Shown: positions 11,001 to 23,000 of the stretch, one piece after another | Position numbering within the stretch: position 1 is the first letter of the stretch | Layout: the number at the start of each line of letters is the position of its first letter | The notes under the pieces: generated by a model | The model's database searches: none | What the model was told of the DNA's origin: nothing | The model's input: only the letters and a program-made list of their open reading frames with translations | Assembly (NCBI RefSeq): GCF_963921235.1 | Contig: NC_086097.1 | Location: forward strand, 78,866,001-78,930,000 | Source of the DNA: Mobula hypostoma | Lineage: Eukaryota | Direction of reading: 5' to 3' | Length of the DNA: 64,000 nucleotides | Position numbers and translations under genes: made by a program

Positions 11001-14000
11001 AGTACCCCTGCAGTGTGTTCCCGGTACCTCCCAGTATCTGTGTAAAACAAATGTCCCACAGATCTGCTTCCACCAGCACCCCTGCAGTGTGTTCCCGGTA
11101 CCTCCCAGTATCTGTGTAAAACAAATGTCCCACACATCTGCTTCCACCAGCACCCCTGCAGTGTGTTCCCGGTACCTCCCAGTATCTGTGTAAAACACAT
11201 GTCCCACACATCTGCTTCCACCAGTACCCCTGCAGTGTGTTCCCGGTACCTCCCAGTATCTGTGTAAAACACATGTCCCACACATCTGCTTTAACTGCTT
11301 TAATGAAAGGTCGCCAGTGTGAGATATTAAACTTTAGTTACCATAAGTGTTAACGAACTTTGCTACCTTGATCCTTTTTAAAGATTTCCAGTATTTTTTG
11401 TTGAAATGTTCCCTACACTGCATGTTCTTTGAATGAAATTTAATATATAAACAAATACCTTGTGTTAGATAAAGAATAGGTAACGAAGATTTCAAAGTTC
11501 TTGTATATTGGCAAGGAGTATCATCCAATTAATTTTTTCATCACTAAGCTGTAAATTATTTCCATAGTTGAACTTGAATAGTAAAACTAAAGTTGAACTT
11601 TAGTAAGTAACTAGTTTTGTGTAAATATTTTTCGGCCCTTCAGCCTGGTCCTCTATTGAATGCACTTACAATAAACCTGTAACTTAGTTCCATACAGGTG
11701 TTCCCCACTTTTCAAACGTTCTCTTTACGAAACCTCGCTGTGACAAAAGACCTACATTAGTTACGCAACACGAGGAATTCTGCAGATGCTGGAAATTCAA
11801 GCAACACACATCAAAGTTGCTGGTGAACACAGCAGGCCAGGCAACATCTCTAGGAAGACGTACAGTCGACGTTTCAGGCCGAGACCCTTCGTCAGGACTA
11901 ACTGAAGAAAGAGCTAGTAAGAGATTTAAAAGGGGGAGGGGGAGATCCAAAATGATAGGAGAAGACAGAGGGGGAGGGATGGAGCCAACAGCTGGACAGG
12001 TGATAGGCAAAAGGGATATGAGAGGATCATGGGACAGGAGGCCCAGGGAGAAGGAAAAGGGGGAGGGGGAAAGGGGGGAAAAGCCCACAGGATAGGCAAG
12101 GGGTATAGTCAGAGGGAAGAAGAGGAGAGTGAGAGAAAGAAGGTGTGTATATAAATAACGGATGGGGTACGAGGGGGAGGTGGGGCATTAGTGGAAGTTA
12201 GAGAAGTCAATGTTCATACCATCAGGTTGGAGGCTACCCAGACAGAATATAAGGTGGTGTTCCTCCAACCTGAGTGTAGTTTCATCTTTACAGTAGAGGA
12301 GGCCGTGGATAGACATGTCAGAATGGGAATGGGATGTGGAATTAAAATGTGTGGCCACTGGGAGATCCTCGTTGACTTTATTAACTTTGCCTCCAACTTT
12401 CACCCTGCCCTCAAGTTTACCTGGTCCATTTGCGACACCTCCCTCCCCTTTCTAGATCTTTCTGTCTCTATCTCTGGAGACAGCTTATCTACAGATGTCT
12501 ACTATAAGCGTACTGACTCTCACAGCTATCTGGACTATTCCTCTTCTCACCCTGTCTCTTGCAAAAATGCCATCCCTTTTTCGCAATTCCTCCGTCTCCG
12601 CTGCATCTGCTCTCAGAATGAGGCTTTTCATTCCAGGACAAGGGAGATGTCCTCCTTTTTTAAAGAAAGGGGTTTCCCTTCCTCCACCATCAACTCTGCT
12701 CTCAAACGCATCTCCCCCATTTCACGCACATCTGCTCTCACTCCATCCTCCCGCCACCCCACTAGAAATAGGGTTCCCCTGGTCCTCACCTACCACCCCA
12801 CCAGCCTCCGGGTCCAACATATAATTCTCCGTAACTTCCGCCACCTCCAACGGGATCCCACCACTAAGCACATCTTTCCCTGCCCCCCCCCGCTTTCTGC
12901 AAGGATCGCTCCCTACGCGACTCCCTTGTCCATTTGTTCCCCCCCCCCATCCCTCCCCACTGATCTCCCTCCTGGCACTTATCCTTGTAAGCGGAACAAG
13001 TGCTACACATGCCCTTACACTTCCTCCCTTACCACCATTCAGGGCCCCAGACAGTCCTTCCAGGTGAGGTGAAATTTCACCTGTGAGTCGGCTGGGGTGA
13101 TATACTGTGTCCGGTGCTCCCGATATGGCCTTCTATATATTGGCGAGACCCGACGCAGACTGGGAGAGCATTTTGCTGAACACCTACGCTCTGTCCACTA
13201 GAGAAAGCAGGATCTCCCAGTGGCCACACATTTTAATTCCACATCCCATTCCCATTCTGACATGTCTATCCAGGACCTCCTCTACTGTAAAGATGAAGCC
13301 ACACTCAGGTTGGAGGAACAACACCTTATATTCCGTCTGGGTAGCCTCCAACCTGATGGCATGAACATTGACTTCTCTAACTTCCACTAATGCCCCACCT
13401 CCCTCTCGTACCCCATCCGTTATTTATATACACACCTTCTTTCTCTCACTCTCCTTTTTCTCCCTTTGTCCCTCTGACTATACCCCTTGCCCATCCTGTG
13501 GGCTTTTCCCCCCTTCCCCCCCTTTCCCTTCTCCCTGGGCCTCCTGTCTCATGATCCTCTCATATCCCTTTTGCCAATCACCTGTCCAGTTGTTGGCTCC
13601 ATCCCTCCCCCTCCAGTCTTCTCCTATCATTTTGGATCCCCCCCCCTCCCCCTTTTAAATCTCTTACTAGCTCTTTCTTCAGTTAGTCCTGACAAAGGGT
13701 CTCGGCCTGAAATGTCGACTGTACCTCTTCCTAGAGATGCTGCCTGGCCTGCTGTGTTCACCAGCAACTTTGATGTGTGTTGACCTACGTTAGTTACCTG
13801 TTTTTGCTAACAGAAGGTGTTTTCACTGTTACGAAAAAAGGCAGCACACGCTAAAAGGGAGCGCGCGCCCCAAGCAGCTGAGCTGCTCCCCTGGAACTGC
13901 ATTCTAGCCGACATTGCTTAAACACGTGCCTGTGAGCAGCCGTTAGCAAGATGAGTTCTAAGGTATCGGAAAAGCCTAAAAGAGCTCGTAAGGGTGTTAC

Positions 14001-17000
14001 ACTTAGTGAAAAACTAGACATAATTAAGCGTTTCGACCGTGGTGAACAAAGTAAGGACAAAGTGAGTTTGGCTTGTGGAAGTTGACGAAGATGATGTTGA
14101 AGAGGTTTTGGCAGCCCATGACCAAGAACTGATGGATGAAGAGCTGATGCAATTGGAAGAGGAAAGGATAACAATTGAAACCGAATGCAATAGCGAATGG
14201 ACCAAAAGTGAAGTTGTCCAGGAACTGAACGTGAAGCAACTGCATGAGATTTTCGCTGCAATGATTGCAGAAAAGTACGACTTTAATTTTGAAAGGATAC
14301 GTCGGTTTAGGGCATATTTGCAAGATGGTTTGAGTGCTTACAAAGAACTGTATGATAGAAAAATGTGTGAGGCTAAGCAGTCAGGCATACCGTCGTTTTT
14401 CAAGCCTTCCACAGCAGACAACGAACCTTGATCTTCGATATCAAGGCAGGCAGACATAGAAGACATAGAAGTGGACCGATACATTACTGCGGAGAATGCA
14501 GGGGTAGCTGTGACGCACCCAACACATCTTTAAGAAAAAAGCCGAAATAAACTAGCTAATTAATTAGGTGCCGCTCGGCAGGTAAATGTCGGCCCAGATC
14601 AGAGGCAATTGCCGATTGCGTCGGCTCTGATCTGGGCCGACATTTACGTGCTGGGCGGCACCTAATTAATTAGCTTGTTTATTTCGGCTTTTTTTTTAAT
14701 TAAAGATGCGTTGGGTGCGTCCCTGCTACTGCTGCACCACTGCATGCTTCGTGGATTGGTATCGGTCCGCGGCCTGGAGGGTGGGGGCCACTGCACCACC
14801 CCAACCTCAGACGACTCAGCCTAACACACCATCATCAGTGTGCTCGCTGTCTTCCCAATTCCGGTAAGTGATACTAAACTGTACATATATTATTTCTACT
14901 TTATATAGGCTATGTATTTTTGTGTTATTTGGTATGATTTGGCAGCTTCATTGCTTAAAGGTTACTGGAGAGAGTGTTTCTGCCAAGAGCGCTTGTGCGA
15001 GGTTTTCGCTACGGAGAACAGTGCAGCAATGTTTGTAGAAAAGTATTTCTACTTTATATAGACTGTGTATTGATCATATCATTCCTGCTTTTACTATGTT
15101 ACTGTTATTTTAGGTTTTATGTGATACTTGGCATGATTTGGTAGGTTATTTTTTTGGGTCTGCGAACGCTCACAAATTTTTCCCATATAAATGGTAATTG
15201 CTTCTTCACTTTACGACATTCCGGCTTACGAACCGTTTCATAGGAACGCTGTACCTTCGGATGGTGGGGGAAACCTGTATACGTATCTTTCTCCAAACTT
15301 AATACATTTTGGTTCACAATTGATCAATTTTGGACTAAAATTAATGGTTGATGCAACATGTCTTTTTGTCTGCAGAAGAGTTCAAAGTACCGTATACTTT
15401 GTAAGCGCATTTTCTGACTGCTGCTGAGATACCCATTTCTGAGTCTTAGACTGTCCCAGCCTTGATTCATTGACCAGGGAGAATTTTTTTTCCCCCCGTT
15501 TGCCTGATTTGTTGCTTGGTTTCTTTGATTAGATCACTCCATAGTGCTGAATATCCCAGTAAAAAGGGGGGGGGGTCCAGTTATTTTGATATTTCTACAC
15601 TGTATTCCCTCAAATCCAATATGCTTCCCAAGTTGTAACTCCCAGAATTGATCTCAGTTATGAGACGTCTAATTCTCTGATCACTTCAATGCATTGAAAT
15701 CCTTTGGAGAGTTTAGCTCATATGTTTAAGTTACTGTTTTTGGTGCATCTATCCACACACCTTGCATTGATGCATATTTTTTTGTTGGCTGTATAGCAAG
15801 CTTGAATGCATAATTAACAGTCTATTCCACCTTCAATGGATAGTTTAAGCCCCAACACAGATTCCTACCGGACATTAATGTTGTACCATCTTCAGTAACT
15901 GTCCAATATCTGCATTGGTTGCTATAGTTCAACCAACTTCTGTAATGTGTTAATAATTTACCTTCTGAGCTTCAATTTTTTAGCAATATCAGTAAACATT
16001 TCCCTACTTCAGGTATGGCTCCAAGTAGTTGGCAACAGGCTTATTCTGCATGGCTGACCTCTACAAAACCATGCAGATGAGAACAATTTTGATCAAAAGG
16101 AATAGTTCAAGAAGTGAATTTTAAAAGATTACAATTGTGGCTGCAGTGTTACAATCAACACCTTTTGTTTGTTGGCTTGGGAACTATATGGTTTTGGATA
16201 ACTTTTGGGTGGGCAAATAAGTGGGTGATGAGAGTAGTTGATGGGATGTTGAATGGTTCTAGGGACTAAAGTAAGCAATGCAATCAGGCAGAATGCCTGA
16301 AATATTTTGTATCAGTCTTAACCAATAGAGGATGCTGCCAAAATCTCAGGAGAAAATAGATGGGAGTGAAAATTACTTAAGATTTGATACAGTGAAATTG
16401 TGGTGAAACTTAACATGAATCAGTTACTTGTCTTGAATGAGAGATATTCTGAGTTCCCAAAGGAAGTTCATTGGAGATTGCTGTAAACAAGAGCCTACCA
16501 TACTCCTGGAATGCATATATATCATCTCGCTGTATTTTAAGAAATTGTTTCACAAACTAATGTAAAGGAACAACTGTATTTTTAAATTCACTTCTTGAAC
16601 CATACCTTTTGATCAAAGTAGTGACAGCTTGAAGAGAAATAGTGTGAATAAAGAATGCAAAGAGTTGGGGAAAGCATTTATTTTTATATTGGAGGATGAT
16701 GGGCAATAGTCCCCAGGGCTAGGAGCAAGAAGAAATTTACTTAAAATTTTGTTATTTGTAAATAAATTCACAAATTGAACATGAGCGTGCAAGGTAATAT
16801 TCAAATTCCAGATGACTAAAACGTTGAAGAGAATAGCAATACATTGCCAAGGGCGTCAGCTGGCTAAATATACAAATGAAATTTTGTGCCTAGAAATCTA
16901 AAGTTAAACAGTGAGGAAAGATAGTATAACATTAAGGCACAAACCTGGTTTTAGCTGTTTATAAATTAAACAAGTGTAATTACATCTCGAGGACCTTTGC

Positions 17001-20000
17001 TTTTTCTGTTTTCTAGTCCACTAGGATACATAGGTTTGTCAGTGTTCAAAGCTGTTTGTGGTGCTTTGGGCAAATGTAATTCGTGTTCTTTTTATAAAAT
17101 GTTTCTTTTCCATATTCATTGTTTTAAACAGCCCCCACTAATTTACTGTGCTTTTGTTGTGTTTATCATTAACAGTTTTGTCTTAATTGCATGCATTTAG
17201 GCTTTACCTTCAAACCTTCTTCAATTTTGACACCGTTGAGCTTTTAAAATTACGATTACAAATACAGTCAAAGTAAATCTGGCTTGTTGCATGTTAAATC
17301 GAGTATGGACCATCTCCTTACTGAATCCAGCACCTAGTGTTGCGGAAAAACCTATCCTGAGCACCCTGGAAATTCATTCCTTGATCTCAATGCAGGTTTA
17401 AAAATTCCACAGTAAAACCATTTTTTTATTTGCCATGGCTGTTTTATTTTCAACATTATGTTTTGATATTTCATAAGTGATTCCTGTAACAACTTCCAGA
17501 ATCATAAATTATTTTCCATTTCTAAATTATCCTCATTGACTACAATGCCTACTTGGAGACTGGCTTTATTTACCACGTGTATGTGGTGAATGCATCATTT
17601 TAAAGAAATCAAGGATCAACTTCACCATATACATTTACATGCATTGGGAATTTGGTGTACTGTGGTGGAACAATATACAACAGAAACATTCAACAATTTA
17701 AACAAAGAATTATATTTTTTAAAAAGTGTAGGTATGGAATAAAATGTGCATAAATGTATTTGCAATGCAAACAGCATTATAAAAAGTGGTTTAGTGAATG
17801 AGGTAATGGGGGTGGCGGTGGCTAACTAGAATAGTTAATCAGATTAACTGCCGGGGGGAAGAAACTTTTAAATTGGTAAGTTTTTTCTTTAATGGCCCTC
17901 CAGCACTTGCCAGAATGGAGCTTTTGGAAAAGGCAGCTTGCTGGGTCAGTAGTGTCTGCTCTGTTTTTTTCTGCTGGCTTCTTTGTCCTGGTACATACGA
18001 GTCCTGCCATGATGGTATACTGTAGCCAATGACATTCTAAGCTGTTCTGACAGTTTACTGTAGTTTTGGTATTATGAGAGGATGCTGCACCAAACTAGAC
18101 AGTAATGGCTGATTATGTGGATGCTGTCTATGATTGCAGTGTAGAATTGCACCAGTATGTTCTGGGGAAGATGGAACTTTACCAACTGCCGCAGGAAGCA
18201 CATCCTCTGCTGAGCCTTTTTGTTAATGAAGGGAAGAGGTAGAAAATAATAAAACTTACTTGGTGTAGCTGCACACTGTAGTCTGCCTGATTTATTTTAT
18301 TGTTTGCATTTTACCATTTTCTCTGAGATTACATCCTTTGGTTTATTGTTGTGTAATGTGAGTAAGTACAATTTCTGTCATTTCATGCGTCTCTTCGCTC
18401 ATTTGCTTTAGATCCTAGTTTGAGTACAATCTGTCCCAGAGATGATTTTTGTAATACAAATGTGAAATGTCCAATGCAGTGCATGCATAAATCACTTCAG
18501 GCCCATGTTTACCTATATTCCTTAACACATTACCAATGTGCACATGACTCGTATTCAGAAACCTGGTCTTTTTGTTTAACTTGGTGTCTGTTACAATACA
18601 GTTGGAACAATTTGCCTTTTTTAAAAGTTATTTTACCTCCCTTCCCTCACCCCCAGCTTCATTATTTCTTCTTTTTTCTTTTGGGGAATAGGCTCTTTGC
18701 ATTCCAAATGATTGAACAAAGATTCCATTGCTGGTGTTGAGATACTGCAGTTATGGTACTGGATTAGTATTGGGCTAATCTGTTGATATACCAATCCCAC
18801 CGTAGCAATTGTGAGGATTATCACATTAATTAAATCCAGAGTTTTAAAAAAAGACTATTTAAAAAGGGAGAATGGCCCATTTAAAAAAAAATGTATCCAC
18901 TAATGCCTTCAAAATAGAAAATCTTCTGTCCCTAGTTGGTTTGGGATTCCAGAGCATGCTCGCCTGCCCCAAAATGCCCAGGTCTGGTTGATCACCACTG
19001 GCATCAAAAGGATACAGTAATAAAGCTCGGAGGAGTAAATTTTATTTGCTTTGGTACCAGGCATCACAAAGGCACAACCAGCCCAGTCAACTCATCTTCA
19101 CAAATGGCCTTGAAGACGAAGACTATTGTAATTGCCTTCTGCAGAATCGTGCAGTACTGGAGAAGGAGTGCTGGGGGTGGGGGGGGGAGGGTGCAGACAC
19201 ACCCAGCCCTGAGACACCAGACAATGTTATTTGATTCCAAACCAATGTTATTTGGTTTATTGATCATTACAGAATGTCTCTCTGGTGGTTCCCACTCCAT
19301 CCCTTCTGCCTGCCCCTTCCCACTCTCGGTCCACAGTAGAGACCCATATCAGAATCTGGTTTATCATCACTCACGTGTCATGAAATTTGTTCTTTTTAAA
19401 AAAAACAGCAGTAGTATTGTACAATACATAAAATTACTACAGTACTGTGCAAAAGTCTTGGGCACCCAAGCTAAGTGCCTATAAGACTTTTGCACAGCAC
19501 TGCATCTTGCAGCTTGAGTCCTCTATCAACAACCCAGAGTAACTACTAACCTCCTAGAGCTTTTCCCATCCAGAAAGTAAGTTAGAAATACGACAGATTC
19601 CCTCAAATCCCTGAATGAGTGAAATTCCAACATCACAGAATCCCCAATAGTTGTTATTATTAAAATAACATTTTGGCTGAACAGTAATTTGGTGTTAGGA
19701 ACTTGTTCCTCATGAACATGGTGTTCTCAGCTCTGCACAACTAAAATAGTAACCCATCTGTCAATTATTATACAGACAGTGAATAATCAATAAGTGCCAA
19801 ATATTCAACATACTGTCCCCAAATTTCATAATAATGAAAACTCTTCTAAAAAATATTAGAATGAACTCTGAATGAAATATAATTCTAAGTGTCCAGTTTG
19901 TCTTTTAAAGATTTCACTTGAGTCAGAATTTTCCATTGACCGCTACGTGGTAAACATGGGTTGTTGCAGAATATTTACCAACATCAGGTTTAATGATCAA

Positions 20001-23000
20001 CATAACTTAAGAAGCAGAAAGAAGCTCACAAGCTTTATGACCAGTATTGTGAACCTTTGTCAAATTAATAACTCCCATTGCCATGGGCATTGGGAAGGGG
20101 CTAGGTAAATAGGTTTATATTAATTAGAAGCAGGAAGTGGCCAATCAGCCTCTTATGTAAGATGATGACTAATTCGTTCTTACCATCAACACCACTTTCT
20201 TGGTCTCCCCAACTCCTTTCACTCCATTGTAGTTTAAATAGCCATCAGTCTCTGCCTTGAATATATTCAACCATTTGGGGGATGAAGAACCCCAAAGATT
20301 TACAGATTAATTGGGGAACCCTTTAGTTCTGAAACTATATTGCCTTGTTCCAGATAACCCTTTTGGGGGGAAACATGCAGTCTAAAAGGCTAATTAATGG
20401 GTGTAGTTTGAAATCCGTGTTGTAGATTTCCACACAAAACAACTCAATAGCTTAACAGGTTACCAAGTACAAAAGGCAAATCTCCTTCATCAGAAAAACA
20501 TTCTCCAGACACCTACATGACTCTTGTGTACACTTGGAATGTTACTGATCTAGCAATTAATCTGCAGTTGGTGGTGTTTTTATTTAGTGGCTTCCTGTGG
20601 GAGGATGATTCTCAAGAGTTGTATTCTGTTTACATAGATAAGTATACTTTACACTTGAACTTGAATTTTGATATGGTACCATTTCTAATCAGTATATGTT
20701 CATTTTCAGGTTGGAACCTTCATGACTATGGAAACCTGAATTTCACAACTGTACCAAATGATACACCATATAAGAATATTCACCACCCAAGAACAGTGGG
20801 TTTAGCAAACCAGTCATTAACTGAAGCAGTCAGTCGGGCAGTTAGGGATGGTCACATAAGTGTTATGCTTGGAGGAGATCATAGGTAGGTTGATAGCATG
20901 CAGTTAAGTTTTAATAGTCTGACATTTACACACACTTAACTATTGCACGTGGATTGGTAATTTTTAAAAATTTCTTATCCTAACCAGTTTAGGAATTGGT
21001 TCAGTCCATGGGCATGCCCAACAGCGTCCAGACTTGTGTGTCATTTGGGTGGATGCACATTGTGATCTAAACACACCTCTTACAACCACATCTGGAAATA
21101 TGCATGGACAGCCAGTGTCGTTCCTTATAAAAGAGCTGCAGAACAAGGTAAAACTATATTTGAATTAAACCAGTTATGAACCATTTTGTTTAGTAGGATT
21201 ATGATGTATTTGTTCATCTTAGGAATAGATTGTTTTCTGCAGCTATATTTTACCAGTAGATACCTTTTACTTTACAAATTGTGCTTTTCTTTTAGATCCC
21301 ATCACTCCCTGGATTTTCTTGGGTCACTCCTTGTATATCAGCAAAGGACTTGGTTTACATTGGAGTACGGGATGTTGATCCTGCTGAATAGTAAGAATGG
21401 TTTCTAGAATTGACTTAAATGAAAATTGCAGTACATTAATACCACCTTAGACACTTGGCAAACGTCTCCATTTGTAATCAGTGAAGCTAAAATGAAAGTA
21501 AATTTGATGCAAAAGTACTGTTAAATTTGTATGCAAACATTTATTGCATTGCAGTTTGACACTTGCATTCATTTTAAATTTATTTAAATTCCTTATTCAG
21601 TCCTGTTTGTTGTCAACCTTTTAGGTACTCCCTTGCTTTAGAGGTATACTTGCTTCCACTCCATTTCTGTGATGAAGCCAATATGGGACCCACTAATTTT
21701 TTGCCACAGGTGGAACAAGGAATGCTTAATGGAGGGGTTGGTGGGTTGATCAGGCAATTTTGCTTTCCTCATTATTCTGAACTTGTTTGTTCCCAGTGAA
21801 TGGGCTTAAAAGTTCTGAATGCCAGTTGGAATGCTCCTTTTTCATTTTGGTTGGTCATGTTCCATAGAATCCCAAAACTTGGTCCAGATATGTTCTCCAG
21901 ATTTTGATACTGTCCTCTTTTTGTTTCTTATAGTATCCAGATAGAGCTCTAATAAGTCTGTGTTTCAGAAGTCTTGTGTTCAACATAAAAATAATGTTGG
22001 CTGTACATTCTGTGCACTTAGGGCCTCAGTGTTTTGGATTGATGACTGAGAGGAGGATGTTTACATTGATTACTTAATCCTCCAAATACATTGCTAGAGG
22101 TTGTGGAGATGATAATGGTAACTCTCTTGGATCTCTAGGTCCTTGCTGTAAGTAGTCCATGACTCTGGTTTACAGGATAGCAAGGATTACTACTACCATA
22201 AGCTTTGAGGTCTTGGTCTTTCAGTGCTTTCCTCAGTCAGCAAAAATCTGTGCTGGCAGTTTGAAGGTGATGCTGACTGCCTTCATTGGGATGTAGTTCC
22301 TGAGTTAGGGGTGGTGGTCTGCATTTTCCAGGTTCTCGGCATAGGCCTTTATTGCTGAGCAGTGTCATGCAGCAGGGCTAAATTACTCCTTATTTTGTAG
22401 ATGTTATTTGTAAGGCCTGCACTCTATACATGAGTGGATTTGAAGCTCTGCCTCAGTGTTCTGCAACTCTGACTGAAGTTCAACAACATTGGTTCTGGAG
22501 AGGAGGAGAAGTCGGTTGAACATTTGTCCTGTAGATTAGTTCAGATCCATTGGGAAAGTTTCTGGAGAAAGCTCGAGGAAGGCATTGGTTGATGATGTTT
22601 TGATACTGTCTATACTGAGATTTGTTTTGTTGTGTGGTCCATTTGTTAAGATCCTGACTTCCGTGCCTTTAGGTTGCAGGCATGACTTGTAAAAAAAATT
22701 TTTGCAGACAGCTAAATTTGAGAACGATGTTCCACAATTCCTCTTAATTGGTCAAGGCTTGAGGTCAAAAAAAGCCACGTATAGTTACTGCAATATAAGT
22801 GGTGGATATTCAGATTAAATGATGCACATGCTTGTTTAACTGTTAAATATTTACACCATAAATATTTTCTAAAAATGATGGTATACACTATATTTCAAAG
22901 TGCTGCATGATATGCAAATACGAAAGTACTCAGTGGCAACTAAAAATGATTTGTCTGTGATAATTGATGTAAATGCTGGGAAATAATTACTTAGAAGTAA

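Larger units (their letters stand above)
11765..13781 (+). mobile_element. Penelope-like element: inverted 5' pLTR plus 5'-truncated RT/GIY-YIG body
   Basis: ~11800-12368 is the reverse complement of ~13208-13781; body encodes LPFLDL..TDVYYK.TDSHSYL..SSSHP (RT thumb) and [21 protein letters not shown] (GIY-YIG); 16-bp TSD GACCTAC(A/G)TTAGTTAC at 11749-11764 and 13782-13797. Confidence 0.92.
11695..15277 (+). mobile_element. Tigger/pogo-type DNA transposon (deleted), interrupted by a Penelope element
   Basis: TA|CAGGTGTTCCCC ... GGGGAAACCTG|TA; CENP-B HTH start ([32 protein letters not shown]) and C-terminal acidic region. Confidence 0.85.

Noticed and set aside
10911..11291. CRISPR-like array or repeat-protein ORFs (10822-11285)
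   Set aside because: Contiguous 74-bp tandem units with no unique spacers, in a eukaryotic intron; the ORFs are by-products of a stop-poor repeat.
18936..19484. 182-aa ORF in ARG2 intron 2
   Set aside because: Non-ATG start, crosses a poly-G run and repeat fragments; no recognisable domain or splice support.
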